Source of the DNA: Eledone cirrhosa
Taxonomy: Eukaryota
Assembly (NCBI GenBank): GCA_964016885.1
Contig: OZ024751.1
Location: forward strand, 20,832,001-20,896,000
Direction: 5' to 3'
Length of the DNA stretch: 64,000 bases
Below the pieces are notes generated by a model, which was not told the origin of the DNA, searched no databases, and was given only the letters and a program-made list of their open reading frames with translations. This document shows, in pieces, positions 1 through 13,284 of this stretch (positions are counted from its first letter, which is position 1; every line of letters begins with the position of its first letter). The position numbers and the translations under genes were made by a program.

Positions 1-308
1 AACGTGTTTGTGTGTGTGTAAAAGTATGTATATACATATATATAATGTGTGTGCATGTATGAAAATGTGTGTGTTAGGATGAATAAGATAGTGTGTGTGA
101 GGATTGTATTTAAAGCCATGACCTCGTGACCGCAGCCATAACGTTTGAGGGGGCGAAACGATGACTGTGTGAAGAAGAGTTTCGTTTCGCAACTGGGGTC
201 GCTTTGGTTACCATGTTACTACACGGTACCACATGAAAATGGCTTTTACCATATTTTCGAGTCGGTAACTGTTGGCGGAGACCGTTCAAGTCTTATCCAA
301 CGCCTTCT

Positions 309-865
309 TTAACCCTTTCATTACTATATTTCTAATAGGGGACAAAAGCAATGATTTTAAATAATTTTTAAAATATTCATTATTAAACTGTCGTTCCAAC
401 ACATCACTTAAAAATGTTGTTATACATAATTAAGGTGGAAGGTTTTTAAATAAATATTTGAATGTCCTTATATAAAATTACGATGGAAGGTTTTTAAATA
501 AATATTTGAATGTCCTTATATAAAATTATGATGGAAGGTTTTAAAATAAATATTTGAATGTCCTTATATAAAATTACGATGGAAGGTTTTAAAAATAAAT
601 ATTTGTACGTTATTTTACAAAATTAGGATTCCGTGTTTGTAGATAAATATAAATAGTTAAAAATAAACAGTTTTGTAATGGAAGCTGCTACGAATGATTT
701 TTAAATAATTTTGAAAATAAAAAATTTGGAAGGTTTTACTAAAATAACTAACTATATCGTTGTTAAACAGGTGTTAGGAGCAGAACTCAATACATTGTTC
801 TTTTACAAAATAAATATTTAAATTTTCTTATACAAAATTACGATGGAAAGTTTTTAAATAAATAT
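309..865. repeat. AT-rich repeat beginning TTAACCCTTTC (possible piggyBac-like MITE end) with internal ~54-bp tandem repeat
   Basis: GATGGAAGGTTTTTAAATAAATATTTGAATGTCCTTATATAAAATTAC repeated 3-4 times at ~435-605, with a further degenerate copy near 820-865; TTAA-CCC start at ~309. Confidence 0.4.
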
Positions 866-894
866 CACCATCAAGTCCTCCCAACTGGTACAGC

Positions 895-1215
895 CAGTCA
901 GTGGGGTGCCATTCTAGAAGCTTCTGTAGTCAGCTGTCGTCACTGGTCTCTTTTCTCCGTCATGCATAGATGGGTCTCGGTATTGTGACCTGCCTAGTCT
1001 TTGATGTTGTCCGACCCGGATTTTTTTTTGCCTGCCTCTCCTTCGCTCGCACTCAACTGTGCTCTGAAGGATGGTTTTTAGACGAGGAATTGTGGCGAGA
1101 TATATGACCATACCAGGCAAGCTTTCGTCTTTTCACCATCGCAAGGAGTGGTTACTGTCTGCCAGATGTATTTGTTAACTCTCTGCCTGAATTAGCTGTT
1201 TGTTTTGTGCTCCGT
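895..1215 (-). mobile_element. Decayed RTE-clade LINE 3' fragment
   Basis: Frameshifted minus-strand translation GHISRHNS..KTILQSTVECERRRGRQKK..SDNIKD resembles the RTE ORF C-terminal GH..R / G.R.RGR motif. Confidence 0.7.
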
Positions 1216-1371
1216 GTACGGTATGTGTAGACATTTTAAAACAAATATTGTAGATGCAAGCACAGTTTTATGTGCCTTGGTCTCAAAAAGGTTAACACCA
1301 TTTAATCCAGTTCTCAGATGCCTTTAACGAAGTCTATTTTGTTGACAATATTCAGTTCAAGTAAGTATAGT

Positions 1372-1860
1372 GAACTGGCAAAATTGGTAGAGCATCGTAT
1401 AAACTATTATTGCGTTATCTGTCCTGGCTCTCTTAAAGTCTGAGTTCAAATCTCGCCAAGGTCATCTTTGCCTTTCATCCTATTAGAGGTCGGGTCGATC
1501 AAATATAATATCAGTAAATTACTCAGGTCGATATATGGTAAAATTGGTAGAGCATCTGTTAAAATATTATTGCATTATTTCTCTCGGCCCCATTATATTC
1601 TGAGTTCAAATCTGGCCAAGGTCAACCCTTTGCCTTTCACCCTTTCAAGTGTCGTACCGATAAAATATAATTGTTTCTATATTTGGCACAAAGTCAGCAA
1701 TTATCTCAGTGTATTACTGGTACTTTATTTTATTGACCCCGTAAGGATGAAAGGCAAAGTTAACCTCGGCAGAATTTGAACTCAGAATGGCAAGGGATGT
1801 AACTCTATGCGTCAAAGCATGGTGTCCGACCCTCTACTGACACAGGCCAATCCACCGATA
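1372..1860. mobile_element. Cluster of tRNA-derived SINE copies: two partial plus copies (1372-1665) and one minus copy (1670-1860)
   Basis: B-box-like GAGTTCAAAT followed by TTTGCCTTTCATCC..GGGTCGAT..AAAGTACCAG body shared with many copies in the window. Confidence 0.75.
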
Positions 1861-2186
1861 AAATATAATACCAGTATGTAACTATGGCCGATATCATCGA
1901 TTTCTCCTCCCCTCACCCCCACCCCACAGCACCAATTGCTGGCCTTGTGCCTATGTTAAATAATTATTATTGATAAGATTCCAGTCGAGATAATAACGTA
2001 GGATTTTTTTTGTTCATTCAATTTATTTAATTAGTTGATCTAATGATCAAAGATAATGAAATGGTATTAATTGTGAGGGGAGGGGTGATAGGGACGATGG
2101 GGGAGGGGCTGATAAGGGCGGCGGGATGACTGTGGTTTCTTCTTGAATTCACTTGTAAATCTTTATGGACATTTCAAGTGGTTTTA

Positions 2187-2995
2187 TGGTGGTGGTGGTG
2201 GTGGTGGTGGTGGTTGTGGTATTGGTGGCGGTTGTGGTGGTTGTGGTAGAGTTGGTGGTTGTGGTGGTAATGGTGGCGGTGGTGGTAGTGGTGGTGGTGG
2301 TTGTGGTGGTGGTGGTGGTGGTATTGGTGGCGTTGTGGGGCGGTGGTGGTGGTTGTGGTGGTAGTAGTGGTGGTTGTGGGGCTAGTGGTGGTGGTAGAGT
2401 TGGTGGTGGTGGTAGTGGTGGTGATAATGGTGGTGGCGGTGGTGACAATGGTTGTGATAATGGTGGTGGTGGTGACAATGGTCGTGATAATGGTGGTGGT
2501 AGTGGTGGTGGTGACAATGGTTGTGATAATGGTGGTGGTGGGGTTGGTGGTGATAATGGTGGTGGTGGTAGTGGTGGTGGTGGGGTTGGTGGTGACAATG
2601 GTGGTGGTGTATTAGAGTTCAAGAAATGTTGAGATTACTGTTTGTGTATATGTGTATATGTAAGGTATATATATATGTATGTGTGTGTGATGTGTATGTG
2701 TGTGTATGTGTATGGTGTAGATGTGTGTGTATAAGTTGTATATGAGTGTATGTGTGATGAGTATGGTGCATATGTGTGTGTATGGTGTATAAGAATGTAT
2801 GTATGATGTGTATTTGTGTGTGTATGTGTATAATATATATGCGTGCGTGTAAAGGTGTATATGAGTGTGTATGTGTGTGTGTGATATGTATTTGTGTGTG
2901 TATGTGTATATGTGTCTGCATGTGCATGGATTATATGTGTGTGTGTGATGTGTATTTATATGGTGCATATGTGTGCGTGTAAGGTATATATGTGT
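2187..2995. repeat. (GGT)n degenerate microsatellite followed by (TG/TA)n tract
   Basis: Direct inspection. Confidence 0.95.
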
Positions 2996-3084
2996 GTTAT
3001 ACTCTTTTACTCTTTTACCTGTTCCAACCATCCGGCTGAGGCCATGCTGAGGCACCGCATGTGTAATTTTTTTTTTTTTTTTCA

Positions 3085-3262
3085 GGAAACAATGTTTCCG
3101 CTAGTCTTTCCAGTTGCTAATACTATCTATCGGTTGCAACTCCAGGTAGAAGGAACAACGTGAAATAAAGTGTCTTGCTCAAGGACATAACGCATCGCCC
3201 GGCTCAGGAATCGAACTCACAACCTCACGATTGCGAATCCAGTTCTCTAACCAATCAGCCAC
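3085..3262 (-). mobile_element. Second tRNA-derived SINE family (CORE-like domain); other copies at 5372-5555 and 17325-17537, both minus
   Basis: Minus strand reads GTGGCTGA.TGGTTAGAG (A box) ... GAGTTCGATTCC (B box) ... GTCCTTGAGCAAGACACTTT; three similar copies. Confidence 0.75.
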
Positions 3263-3297
3263 AAGACTTTTTGTACCTCTGTTTTGTCGTTTCCTTG

Positions 3298-3882
<585 letters not shown>

Positions 3883-3927
3883 GAAGAATAACATGGTCAA
3901 CAGTACAGACAAGGAGATTTATTTACA

Positions 3928-4032
3928 GTCTAACAATTGTTTCCATGATAGAGTTGTCTATAAATTGCTAAACACTGGAGACAGCATAATTCAATTTAAA
4001 ATATATATAAATTCAATCATTTCATCAGAAAC
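3928..4032 (-). ncRNA. Type I hammerhead motif with long helix II insert
   Basis: Minus strand GTTT-CTGATGA-AATGAT...ATCATG-GAAA-CAATTG-TT-AGAC; helix I GTTT/AGAC, helix III palindrome ACAATTGT. Confidence 0.6.
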
Positions 4033-4063
<31 letters not shown>

Positions 4064-4435
4064 GTAGGAGGTGAGTTTTATTGTAGTACAATAAAGCAAT
4101 GCAGATATCGGATAAGAAGCACTCTACAGTTTGTGGGACTGGAGTATGCATAATATAAGATCAAAAGATGGTTAAAGGAGTTCAATATATTTTATTATGC
4201 GCATTTCAAAAACAAACATCATCAAACAATAATATTTGTGTTTTCATCAGATAAAACAGGAGAACATGATATGAAGGCTAATTTAAAACTGCACTATCAA
4301 CAAGTGTTTTTTTAGCCTTCATATCATGTTCTCCTGTTTTATCTGATGAAAACACAAATATTATTGTTTGATGATGTTTGTTTTTGAAATGCGCATAATA
4401 AAATATATTGAACTCCTTTAACCATCTTTTGATCT

Positions 4436-4442
<7 letters not shown>
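4064..4442. mobile_element. Fold-back Penelope-like remnant (family A, copy 2) in (TA)n
   Basis: Near-identical to 3448-3838; arms ~4151-4281 and ~4312-4442, each with the hammerhead motif. Confidence 0.75.
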
Positions 4443-4511
<69 letters not shown>

Positions 4512-4675
4512 GGGATAATAAGTTATCGTTATAGGTTATCGATTGACGTTACATCAAACGATTAGCGAGCTCTAGACCTAGCAGATCAACGAAACAATTG
4601 TTAGCACTGTGAATAAAGCCCTGATTGTACAGCCAACCATGTTACTCTTATCTCTTGAATTATATATATATATAT

Positions 4676-4860
4676 AAAAGAGCTTCTGCAGGACCAGAAC
4701 TGTTTCATTCGTGAGAAATCATCAGGTGCCTCCTGATTATTTCTCACAAATGAAACAGTTCTAGTCCTGTAGAAGCTCTTCTATATTAAAACTTTTATAC
4801 TCTGCTATGGATTGAGTACCTTACTTACTGTGGTTACCTCCGATTCAACCCGGAATAACA
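4676..4860 (+). mobile_element. Fold-back element family B (other copies 30997-31180 and 31665-31846)
   Basis: ~55-bp inverted arms centred at a CTGATGA..GAAAC motif, common tail ending GATTCAACCCGGAATAAC, TA-rich flanks. Confidence 0.65.
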
Positions 4861-4948
4861 TATATATACCACCACCCCACTCTCAAGAGCGTGAAACTAA
4901 TAAACCTTTGTTCGTACTGCCTCTCTGTTTTGTTCCCGTTCAATTTTT

Positions 4949-5047
<99 letters not shown>

Positions 5048-5073
5048 CAAATGAAGATATTCACATAATCAAA

Positions 5074-5154
<81 letters not shown>

Positions 5155-5334
5155 GTGGATTGGCAGTATCGGTAGAGGGTCTGACGTCATGCTTTCCAGC
5201 ATAGTTACGTCCCTTTACGATCTGAGTTCAAATCCCGCCGAGGTTGACTTTGCCTTTCATCCTTACGGGGTCGATAAAATAAAGTACCAGTAATGCACTG
5301 GGGTAATTGCTGGCCTTGTGCCTAAAGTAGAAAC

Positions 5335-5338
<4 letters not shown>
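5155..5338 (+). mobile_element. tRNA-derived SINE, near full length (major family)
   Basis: TTGGCAGTATCGGTAGAG (A-box-like) ... GAGTTCAAATCCCGCC (B box) ... GCCTTTCATCCTTACGGGGTCGATAAAATAAAGTACCAG ... GGCCTTGTGCCTAAAGTAGAAACAATTAT. Confidence 0.85.
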
Positions 5339-5372
<34 letters not shown>

Positions 5373-5589
5373 CAGTCGATCGACTTTTGTCAAACCGGAC
5401 CGAGGAAACAATGTTTCCATTGGTCTTTCCAATTGCTAATACTATCTATCGGTCACAACTCCAGGTAGAAGGAGCAACGTGAAATAAAGTGTCTTGCTCA
5501 AGGACATAACGGATCGCCCGGTCCGGGAATCGAACTCACAACCTCACAATTGCGTGTGGCTGAGTTGTTAGAGAACTGGATTCACAATC

Positions 5590-8500
5590 TTGTGTGTGTA
5601 TATATGAGTATGTATGTGTACGTATGTGTCTGTATATATGGTGTAGGTATGTGTGTGTATATGTGTGTGAATATGTAGGTATGTATGTGTATATATGTGT
5701 AGGTATGTATGTGAATGTATGTGTAGGTATGTATGTGTATGTGTAGGTATGTGTGTGTATGTACGTTTATGTATGTGTGTGTAGGTATGTATGTGTATGT
5801 ATGTGTAGGTATGTGTGTATGTATGTTTATGTATGTGTGTGTAGGAGTGTATGTGTATGTATGTGTAGGTATGTATGTGTATGTAGGTATGTGTAGGTAT
5901 ATGTGTGTAGGTATGTATGTGTAGGTATGTGTATGTATGTGTGTGTAGGTATAGGTGTGTATGTATGTGTAGGTATGTATGTGTATGTATGTGTAGGTAT
6001 GTATGTGTAGGTATGTATGTGTATGTATGTGTAGATATGTATGTGTATGTAGGTGTAGGTATGTATGTGTATGTATGTATGTGTATGTGTGTGTAGGTAT
6101 GTATGTGTGTAGGGATGTGTAGGTATGTATGTGTATGTGTATGTATGTATGTGTATGTGTGTGTATGTAGGTATGTGTAGGTATGTGTATGTATGTATGT
6201 GTATGTGTGTGTATGTATGTGTATGTATGTGTATGTGTGTGTAGGTATGTATGTGTATGTGTATGTATGTGTATGTATGTGTGTGTAGGTGTGTATGTGT
6301 ATGTATGTGTATGTATGTATGTATGTATGTATGTATGTATGTATGTATGTGTGTGTGTGTGTGTATGTATGTATGTGTGTGTAGGTGTGTATGTGTATGT
6401 ATGTGTATGTATGTGTGTGTATGTGTGTGTATGTATGTATGTGCGTGTAGGTGTGTATGTGTATGTATGTATGTGTATGTATGTGTATGTATGTATGTGT
6501 ATGTATGTATGTGCAGGTATGTGTATGTGTGTATGTGTATGTATGTATGTGTGCAGGTATGTGTATGTATGTATGTATGTGTATGTGTGTGTGGAACGAC
6601 TGTAGTTTGTTTATTGAGGATATCTGCCAAGTTGACGAGATAGTAAACACATTAAATTAATGCTAATTACTGCCAACAACATCATCACCATCATCATCAA
6701 CAATAACATCACCATCATCATCATCATCATCACCATCATCACCATCACCATCATCATCACCACCATCATCACCATCACCATCATCATCACCATCATCATC
6801 ACCATCGTCATCATCATCATCACCATCATCACCATCATCATCATCACCATCACCATCATCATCACCACCATCATCACCATCACCATCATCATCACCATCA
6901 TCATCACCATCGTCATCATCATCATCACCATCACCATCATCATCACCACCATCACCATCATCATCGTCATCCTCACCATCACCATCATCACCATCACCAT
7001 CGTCATCACCATCATCATCGTCATCCTCACCATCACCATCATCATTGTCACCATCATCACTATCGTTGCCTTCTTTACACTTCCTTCCCCTCTTCCTTCT
7101 CTCTCTCCTCGTTATCATCATCATAATCATCATCATCGCCATCGCCATCATCATGATGGTGGTGGTGTAGTGGTGGTGGTGGTGATGGTGGTGGTAGTGG
7201 TGGTGGTGGTGGTGGTGGTGGTGTTAGTGATTGTAGTGGTGGTGGTGGTGCTAGTGGTGGTGGTGGTGGTGGTGATGGTGATGGTGGTGGTGGTGGTGGT
7301 GGTGGTGGTGGTGTTAGTGATGGTAGTGGTGGTGGTGGTGCTAGTGGTGGTGGTGGTGCTAGTGGTGGTGGTGGTGGTGGTGATGGTGATGGTGGTGGTG
7401 GTGGTGGTGGTGGTGGTGTTAGTGATGGTAGTGGTGGTGGTGGTGGTAGTGGTGGTGGTGGTGATGGTGGTGGTAGTGGTGGTGGTGGTGATGGTGGTGT
7501 AGTGGTGGTGGTGGTGGTGATGGTGGTGGTAGTGGTGGTGGTGGTGATGGTGGTGTAGTGGTGGTGGTGGTGGTGGTGGTGGTGGTAGTGGTGGTGGTGG
7601 TGGTGGTGGTGGTAGTGGTGGTGGTGGTGTTAGTGATGGTAGTGGTGGTGGTGGTGGTGGTGGTGGTAGTGGTGGTGGTGGTGATGGTGGTGTAGTGGTG
7701 GTGGTGGTGATGGTGGTGGTAGTGGTGGTGGTGGTGATGGTGGTGTAGTGGTGGTGGTGGTGATGGTCGTGGTAGTGGTGGTGGTGGTGGTGGTGGTGGT
7801 GTTAGTGATGGTAGTGGTGGTGGTGGTGGTAGTGGTGGTGGGGGTGGTGGTGGTAGTGGTGATGGTGGTGGTGGTGGTGTTAGTGGTGGTGATGGTGTTA
7901 GTGATGGTAGTGGTGGTGGTGGTGGTAGTGGTGGTGGGGGTGGGGGTGTTAGTGATGGTAGTGGTGGTGGTGGTAGTGGTGGTGGGGGTGGGGGTGGTAG
8001 TGGTGATGGTGGTGGTGGTGACAGTGGTGGTGGTGGTGGTGGCAGTGGTGGTGGTGGTGGTGGTGCTGGTGGTGGTGGTATTAGTGGTGGTGGTGGTGGT
8101 TTTAGTGATGGTAGTGATGGCAGTGGTGGTGGTGGTAGTGGTGGTGATGGTGATGATGTTGGTGGTGGTGGTGGTGTTAGTGATGGTAGTGATGGCAGTG
8201 GTGGTGGTGGTGGTGGTAGGTGTGGTGGTGGTGGTAGTGATGGAGGGGCAACAATATCAAAACCATCGACAGAACGGCGCGGTAGTGAGAGAATTATATA
8301 ATTAACGAGTGTTCCATTAATGTGTGTGTGTGTTTATGTTTGTGTATGTTTGTGAATGTATGTGTGTGTGTGTGTTTGTGTGTGTGTGAATGTTTGTGTA
8401 TGTGTGTGAATGTTTGTGTGTGGATGTTTGTGTGTGTGGATGTTTGAGTAATTGTGTGTATGTGTATGTGTGTGAATGTTTGTGTATTTTTGTGAATGTT

Positions 8501-10570
8501 TGTGTATGCGTGCGAATGTGTGTGTGTGTGTGTGTATGTGTGTGTCAATGTTTATGTATGTTTGTGAATGTTTTCGCATGCGTGTGAATGCGCGCGCGCG
8601 CGTGTGTGTGTGAATGTTTGTGTGTATGTTTGTGTATGTTTGTGTATGTGTGTATGTGTGTGTACCAAGTGCTTCAGGTCTTCTCTAGAAGGCAGCTTTA
8701 CACTGTTTCTTGGGGGTGGGGGCTATTTGTGTGTGTAGGTGTGTCTATGTGTATGTGCGTGTGTGTATGTGCGTGTGTGTGTGGGATGAGGGGGGGGGGG
8801 GGGGGCGGCTAAGTCCTTCAGAGGGCTGCTTTTTCAGTGGTTGTAGAGTGGGACCACATGTATGTGTGTATGTCTCTCTCTCCCTCTCTGCGTGTATATG
8901 TGTGTCTTTCTATTTGTGAGTGTGTGTCTGTAGGTGTGTGTCTATGTATGTATGTATGTGTGTTTCTGTGTGTGTGTGTATGTATGTATGTGTGTGTGTT
9001 TCTCTGTGTGTGTCTGTGCGTCTATGTATGTGTATGTGTGTCTGTCACTGTGTGTTCGTGTCTGTATGTGTATGCGTCTGTGTGTGTTTGTATGTATGTG
9101 TGTCTATGCGTGTATGTATGTGTATGTCATCTGCACTATATGTTCGTGTCTGTGTGTGTATATGTGTATATGTGTGTGCCTGTATGTCTGTATGTGTATA
9201 TATGTGTGCCTGTATGTCTGTGTGTATGTGTATATATGTGTGCCTGTGTGTGTATGTGTATATATGTGTGCCTGTATGTATGGGTATGTGTATGTGTATA
9301 TATGTGTGCCTGTATGTGTGTGTATGTTTATATATGTGTGCCTGTATGTCTGTATGTGTATATATGTGTGCCTGTATGTGTGTGTATGTGTATATATGTG
9401 TGCCTGTATGTGTGTGTATGTATATATGTATGCCTGTATGTGTATATATGTGTGCCTGTATGTCTGTGTGTATGCGTATATAGGTGTGCCTGTATGTGTG
9501 TGTATGTGTATATAGGTGTGCCTGTTTGTATGTGTATGTGTATATGTGTGTGCCTGTATGTGTGTGTATGTGTATATATGTGTGCCTGTATGTCTGTATG
9601 TGTATATATGTGTGCCTGTATGTGTGTGTATGTTTATATATGTGTGCCTATATGTGTGTGTATGTGTATATAGGTGTGCCTGTATGTATGTGTATATATG
9701 TGTGCCTGTATGTCTGTATGTGTATATATGTGTGCCTGTATGTGTGTGTATGTTTATATATGTGTGCCTGTATGTGTGTGTATGTTTATATATGTGTGCC
9801 TGTATGTGTGTGTATGTTTATATATGTGTGCCTGTATGTGTGTGTATGTTTATATATGTGTGCCTGTATGTGCCTGTATGTATGTGTGTGTATGCAGGTC
9901 CTCTCTATTGGATCACGGAAGGACAGTCAGAAATCAGCCCAGCTCCCTGTCCCTAAAGTTTCTTGCAGGTGTAGACACTTTTCAGGTCACCGTGTGGGGG
10001 CCAGAGCAACGAAGGGGGGAGATTTACAGTAGTAGAGGTGGTGGTAGTGGTGGTGGTGGTAGTGGTGGTGGTGGTGGTGGTAGTGGTGGTGGTGGTAGTG
10101 GTGTTGGTGGTGATAGTGTGTTGGTGGTGATAGTGGTGGTAGTCGTGGTGGTTTTGGAGGTGTTGGGGGTAGTGGTGTTGGTGGTGTTGGTGGTGGTGGT
10201 GTTGGAGGTGCTGGTGGTGGTGGTGTTGATGGTGGTGGTGGTGGTGGTGGTGCTGTTGGTGGTGTGGTGTTCACACACACTCACATACACATATATACAT
10301 ACACACACACACACATTCACATATATACACACACACACACATTCACATATATACACACACATACATATATACACACATACACACAAGCCTTCACACACCA
10401 ACACCGCACTACATCCCACCAACACCAACACTAACACCAACACCAACATCACACCACATCCCACCAACCCCACACCACTTCCCACCAACACCACACCCAC
10501 CAACACCCCCACTACATCCCACCAACACTAACACCCCACAACATCCCCCCAACACCACACCACGTCACAC
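5590..10570. repeat. Compound microsatellite block: (TATG/TG)n, (CAT/CAC)n, (GGT)n, (TG)n, a ~30-bp GTGTGCCTGTATG minisatellite (9170-9880) and (CA)n
   Basis: Direct inspection. Confidence 0.95.
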
Positions 10571-10594
10571 ATTATTACAATATAAAATAAAAGG

Positions 10595-13284
10595 TTAACT
10601 ATTTAACAGTAGCACTGATCAGACTCCAGAGGAAAATAATTTATAAAGGAATCCTTCCTATATTTTACCAATTATTTCAATAGATACTTAATTAGCACAC
10701 TAATGAACAGGCAACGTGTTGTGCTGAGTTTAACGTGCTGTTTGTTTGGTCTGAAGATTTTGGTTGTTTTTATAAGTTTCAGTGTTGTTGTGGTGGTGGT
10801 GAGGGAGGGGTAGTTTTGGATGTGGTGGTGGTGGTGGGGGGAGGGGGTAGTTTTGGTTGTGGTAGTGGGGGGGTAGTTTTGGTTGTGGTGATGGGGAGGG
10901 GTAGTTTTAGTTGTGGTGATGGGGAGGGGTAGTTTTGGTTATGGGGGGGGGGGTAGTTTTGGTTGTGGTGGTGGGGTAGTTTTGGTTGTGGTGGTGGGGT
11001 AGTTTTGGTTGTGGTGGTGGTGGGGAGTTGTTTGGTTGTGGTGATGGTGGGGGAGGGGGGTACGAGGGAGGACGGGGAGGGGGGTAGTTTTGGTTGTGGT
11101 GGTTTGTGGTGGTGGTGATGGTAATGGTGGCGGTGGGGTGATCGGGGTGGAGATGATCGTGGTGGTGGTGGTGGTGGTGATGCTAGGTTTGGTTGTGGTG
11201 GCGGCGGTGGTGTGTGATAGGGGTTTGTGGTGGGGATTGTGGAGGTAGTTTTGGTAGTGGTGGTGTGGTTTATGGTGGTGGTGATGTTGGTGTGATCGTG
11301 GTGGTGGTGGTGGTGGTGGGGAGGGGGTCGTCGTGACGGTGGTGATGATGATGATGATGATGATGATGGTGGTGGTAGTGTGGTGGTGGTGATAGTGATA
11401 GTTTACTTTTTGAATACACATACACCACCAAAGAGGTCCGACGAGCAGTTGATTACAGAGTCGGGCTAGATCGATACAGAACGAACCTTGAGCCGATCAT
11501 TAGCGAAACGCGCGCCATCAACCAATAAACGTAATGAAGGAGTAACCACTCATCTTTGTTTTATTTTATTATAATACACTCTTTCTAGCTCTACACCTCG
11601 ATACCAACGTGAAACCAAACATCGAGTGCTCACCCGGGTGAACCTACAGTAACTCCGCGATACACTCCCTGGATATATATATATATACATACACACACAT
11701 ACGGACCCATATATATATAGTTAAAAAGCAAACATCAGCTCGGACTGTTTTCTTTTTAGTAAAAACTTACAAGACAGCCTAAAACTGTCTTCTAAGAGTT
11801 AAGGCTAAGTTAAATATTCTATTCAAAAGTACATTTTCATGTGTTCTTTTTCTGGTGAATAAAAATAAAACTAAAATAAATACAGAAAGAAAACGGGAAA
11901 AAATAAAGAAAAAAAACACCGTTGTCCATATTCGTTCAGGTCTTGTTTCATTAAAATGGCGGTCTATTAAATTTCGTTCGGAACTTAACGCTGCGTGTTA
12001 TTTTGTCTGCCGCTTGTAATTACAAAATATTCTCCTCATTATTACAGTGTGCCGAAGCAAACAAAAAGTTCATTAGTACTTCTTGGTCATTTGTTATAAT
12101 AGTATTAAAATAAATGAATAATATCGAGATTTAAGGAAACTGTAGCCAGCGGATAGAAAATAATATGAATCTATAGTTTGGTATTTGTCTGAGAAAAGTT
12201 CAGCAAAGGAGAAAACCCCCCCCCCAAAAAAAACCCAACACGGGAAAAAAAAGAAAATGCAAATAAATATATATTAAAAAAATATTTCTTTTAGATAAAA
12301 ACTTTTGTAGGAAATGACAGATTTCATTACTGAAGAGATAGAGGTAATACTCTCTATTTATAAAATGGGAAGACATACAGACTGACACATAGACTGACAG
12401 ACAGACAGACTGACAGACAGACTGACGAATCTATATTATGATAACTGTAACTCTACTGAACCATTTTGTACGTGTGTCAAACGAACGCTACCATCAGTCG
12501 AAAATGTTCTAAAATTAATTCCATAGAGTTATGGTCTTTTACGATCTGAGTTCAAATCCTGCTGAAATTACGGGGGTCGATAAAATAAAATACCAGTAAT
12601 GGAATGGAGTCAATATAATCGACTTTCCCATTCGTCAAAATTGTTGCCCTGTTGCCCAAATGAGAAACTAATATTTAGAATTTATAGAACTCAAATGTAA
12701 GACAACTTTTCTGTTTATTAAGAATTCTTTTTATTTCTTCCTCATTTACCAACTTTTAAATATTGTCCCCCCCCCCCCCTCACTCTTTTTTGTTTCGCCG
12801 AAAATGGGCCAGTATTTTTAGTGTAGAAGCATCTACACTAAAACTACTGACATCAACACTACACTTCCCCTCCATAGTTAACCCAGTAAATAAATTAATT
12901 AATTAATAACTAAATAAGTAAATAAAAAAATTCAAAAACAAAATAATAAATAAATGAAAATTGAAAAAAATCCTGCAAAACAAAACAAAACAAAACAAAA
13001 CAAAACTAAACTAAACAAACGTTATTAAACGAAGAAGGACAGTAAACTCATTTTTTTCTCCTAATTTATCACCACTCACTGAACTATTATGAATGTAAAG
13101 AAACAACGTATAAAAAACTAAAATACACAAAAATAATAAAATAAAATAAAACAAACACAACACATTGCCTGTTCATTAGTGTGCTAATTAAGTATCTATT
13201 GAAATAATTGGTAAAATATAGGAAGGATTCCTTTATAAATCATTTTCCTCTGGAGTCTGATCAGTGCTACTGTTAAATAGTTAA
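10595..13284. mobile_element. Candidate non-autonomous DNA transposon with ~130-bp terminal inverted repeats bounded by TTAA
   Basis: 10595-10723 is the near-exact reverse complement of 13156-13284; both outer ends are TTAA. Confidence 0.5.
11425..11673 (+). mobile_element. Penelope-like remnant family H (fold-back copy at 19866-20130)
   Basis: CCGACGA..GCGAAACGCGCGCC degenerate hammerhead; tail AAACATCGAGTGCTCACCCGGGTGAACCTACAG..CACTCCCTGGA shared with 20076-20130; both end at (TA)n. Confidence 0.6.

Noticed and set aside
5155-5245. tRNA gene
   Set aside because: A/B-box-like motifs belong to a SINE head repeated many times with a common body; no clean cloverleaf
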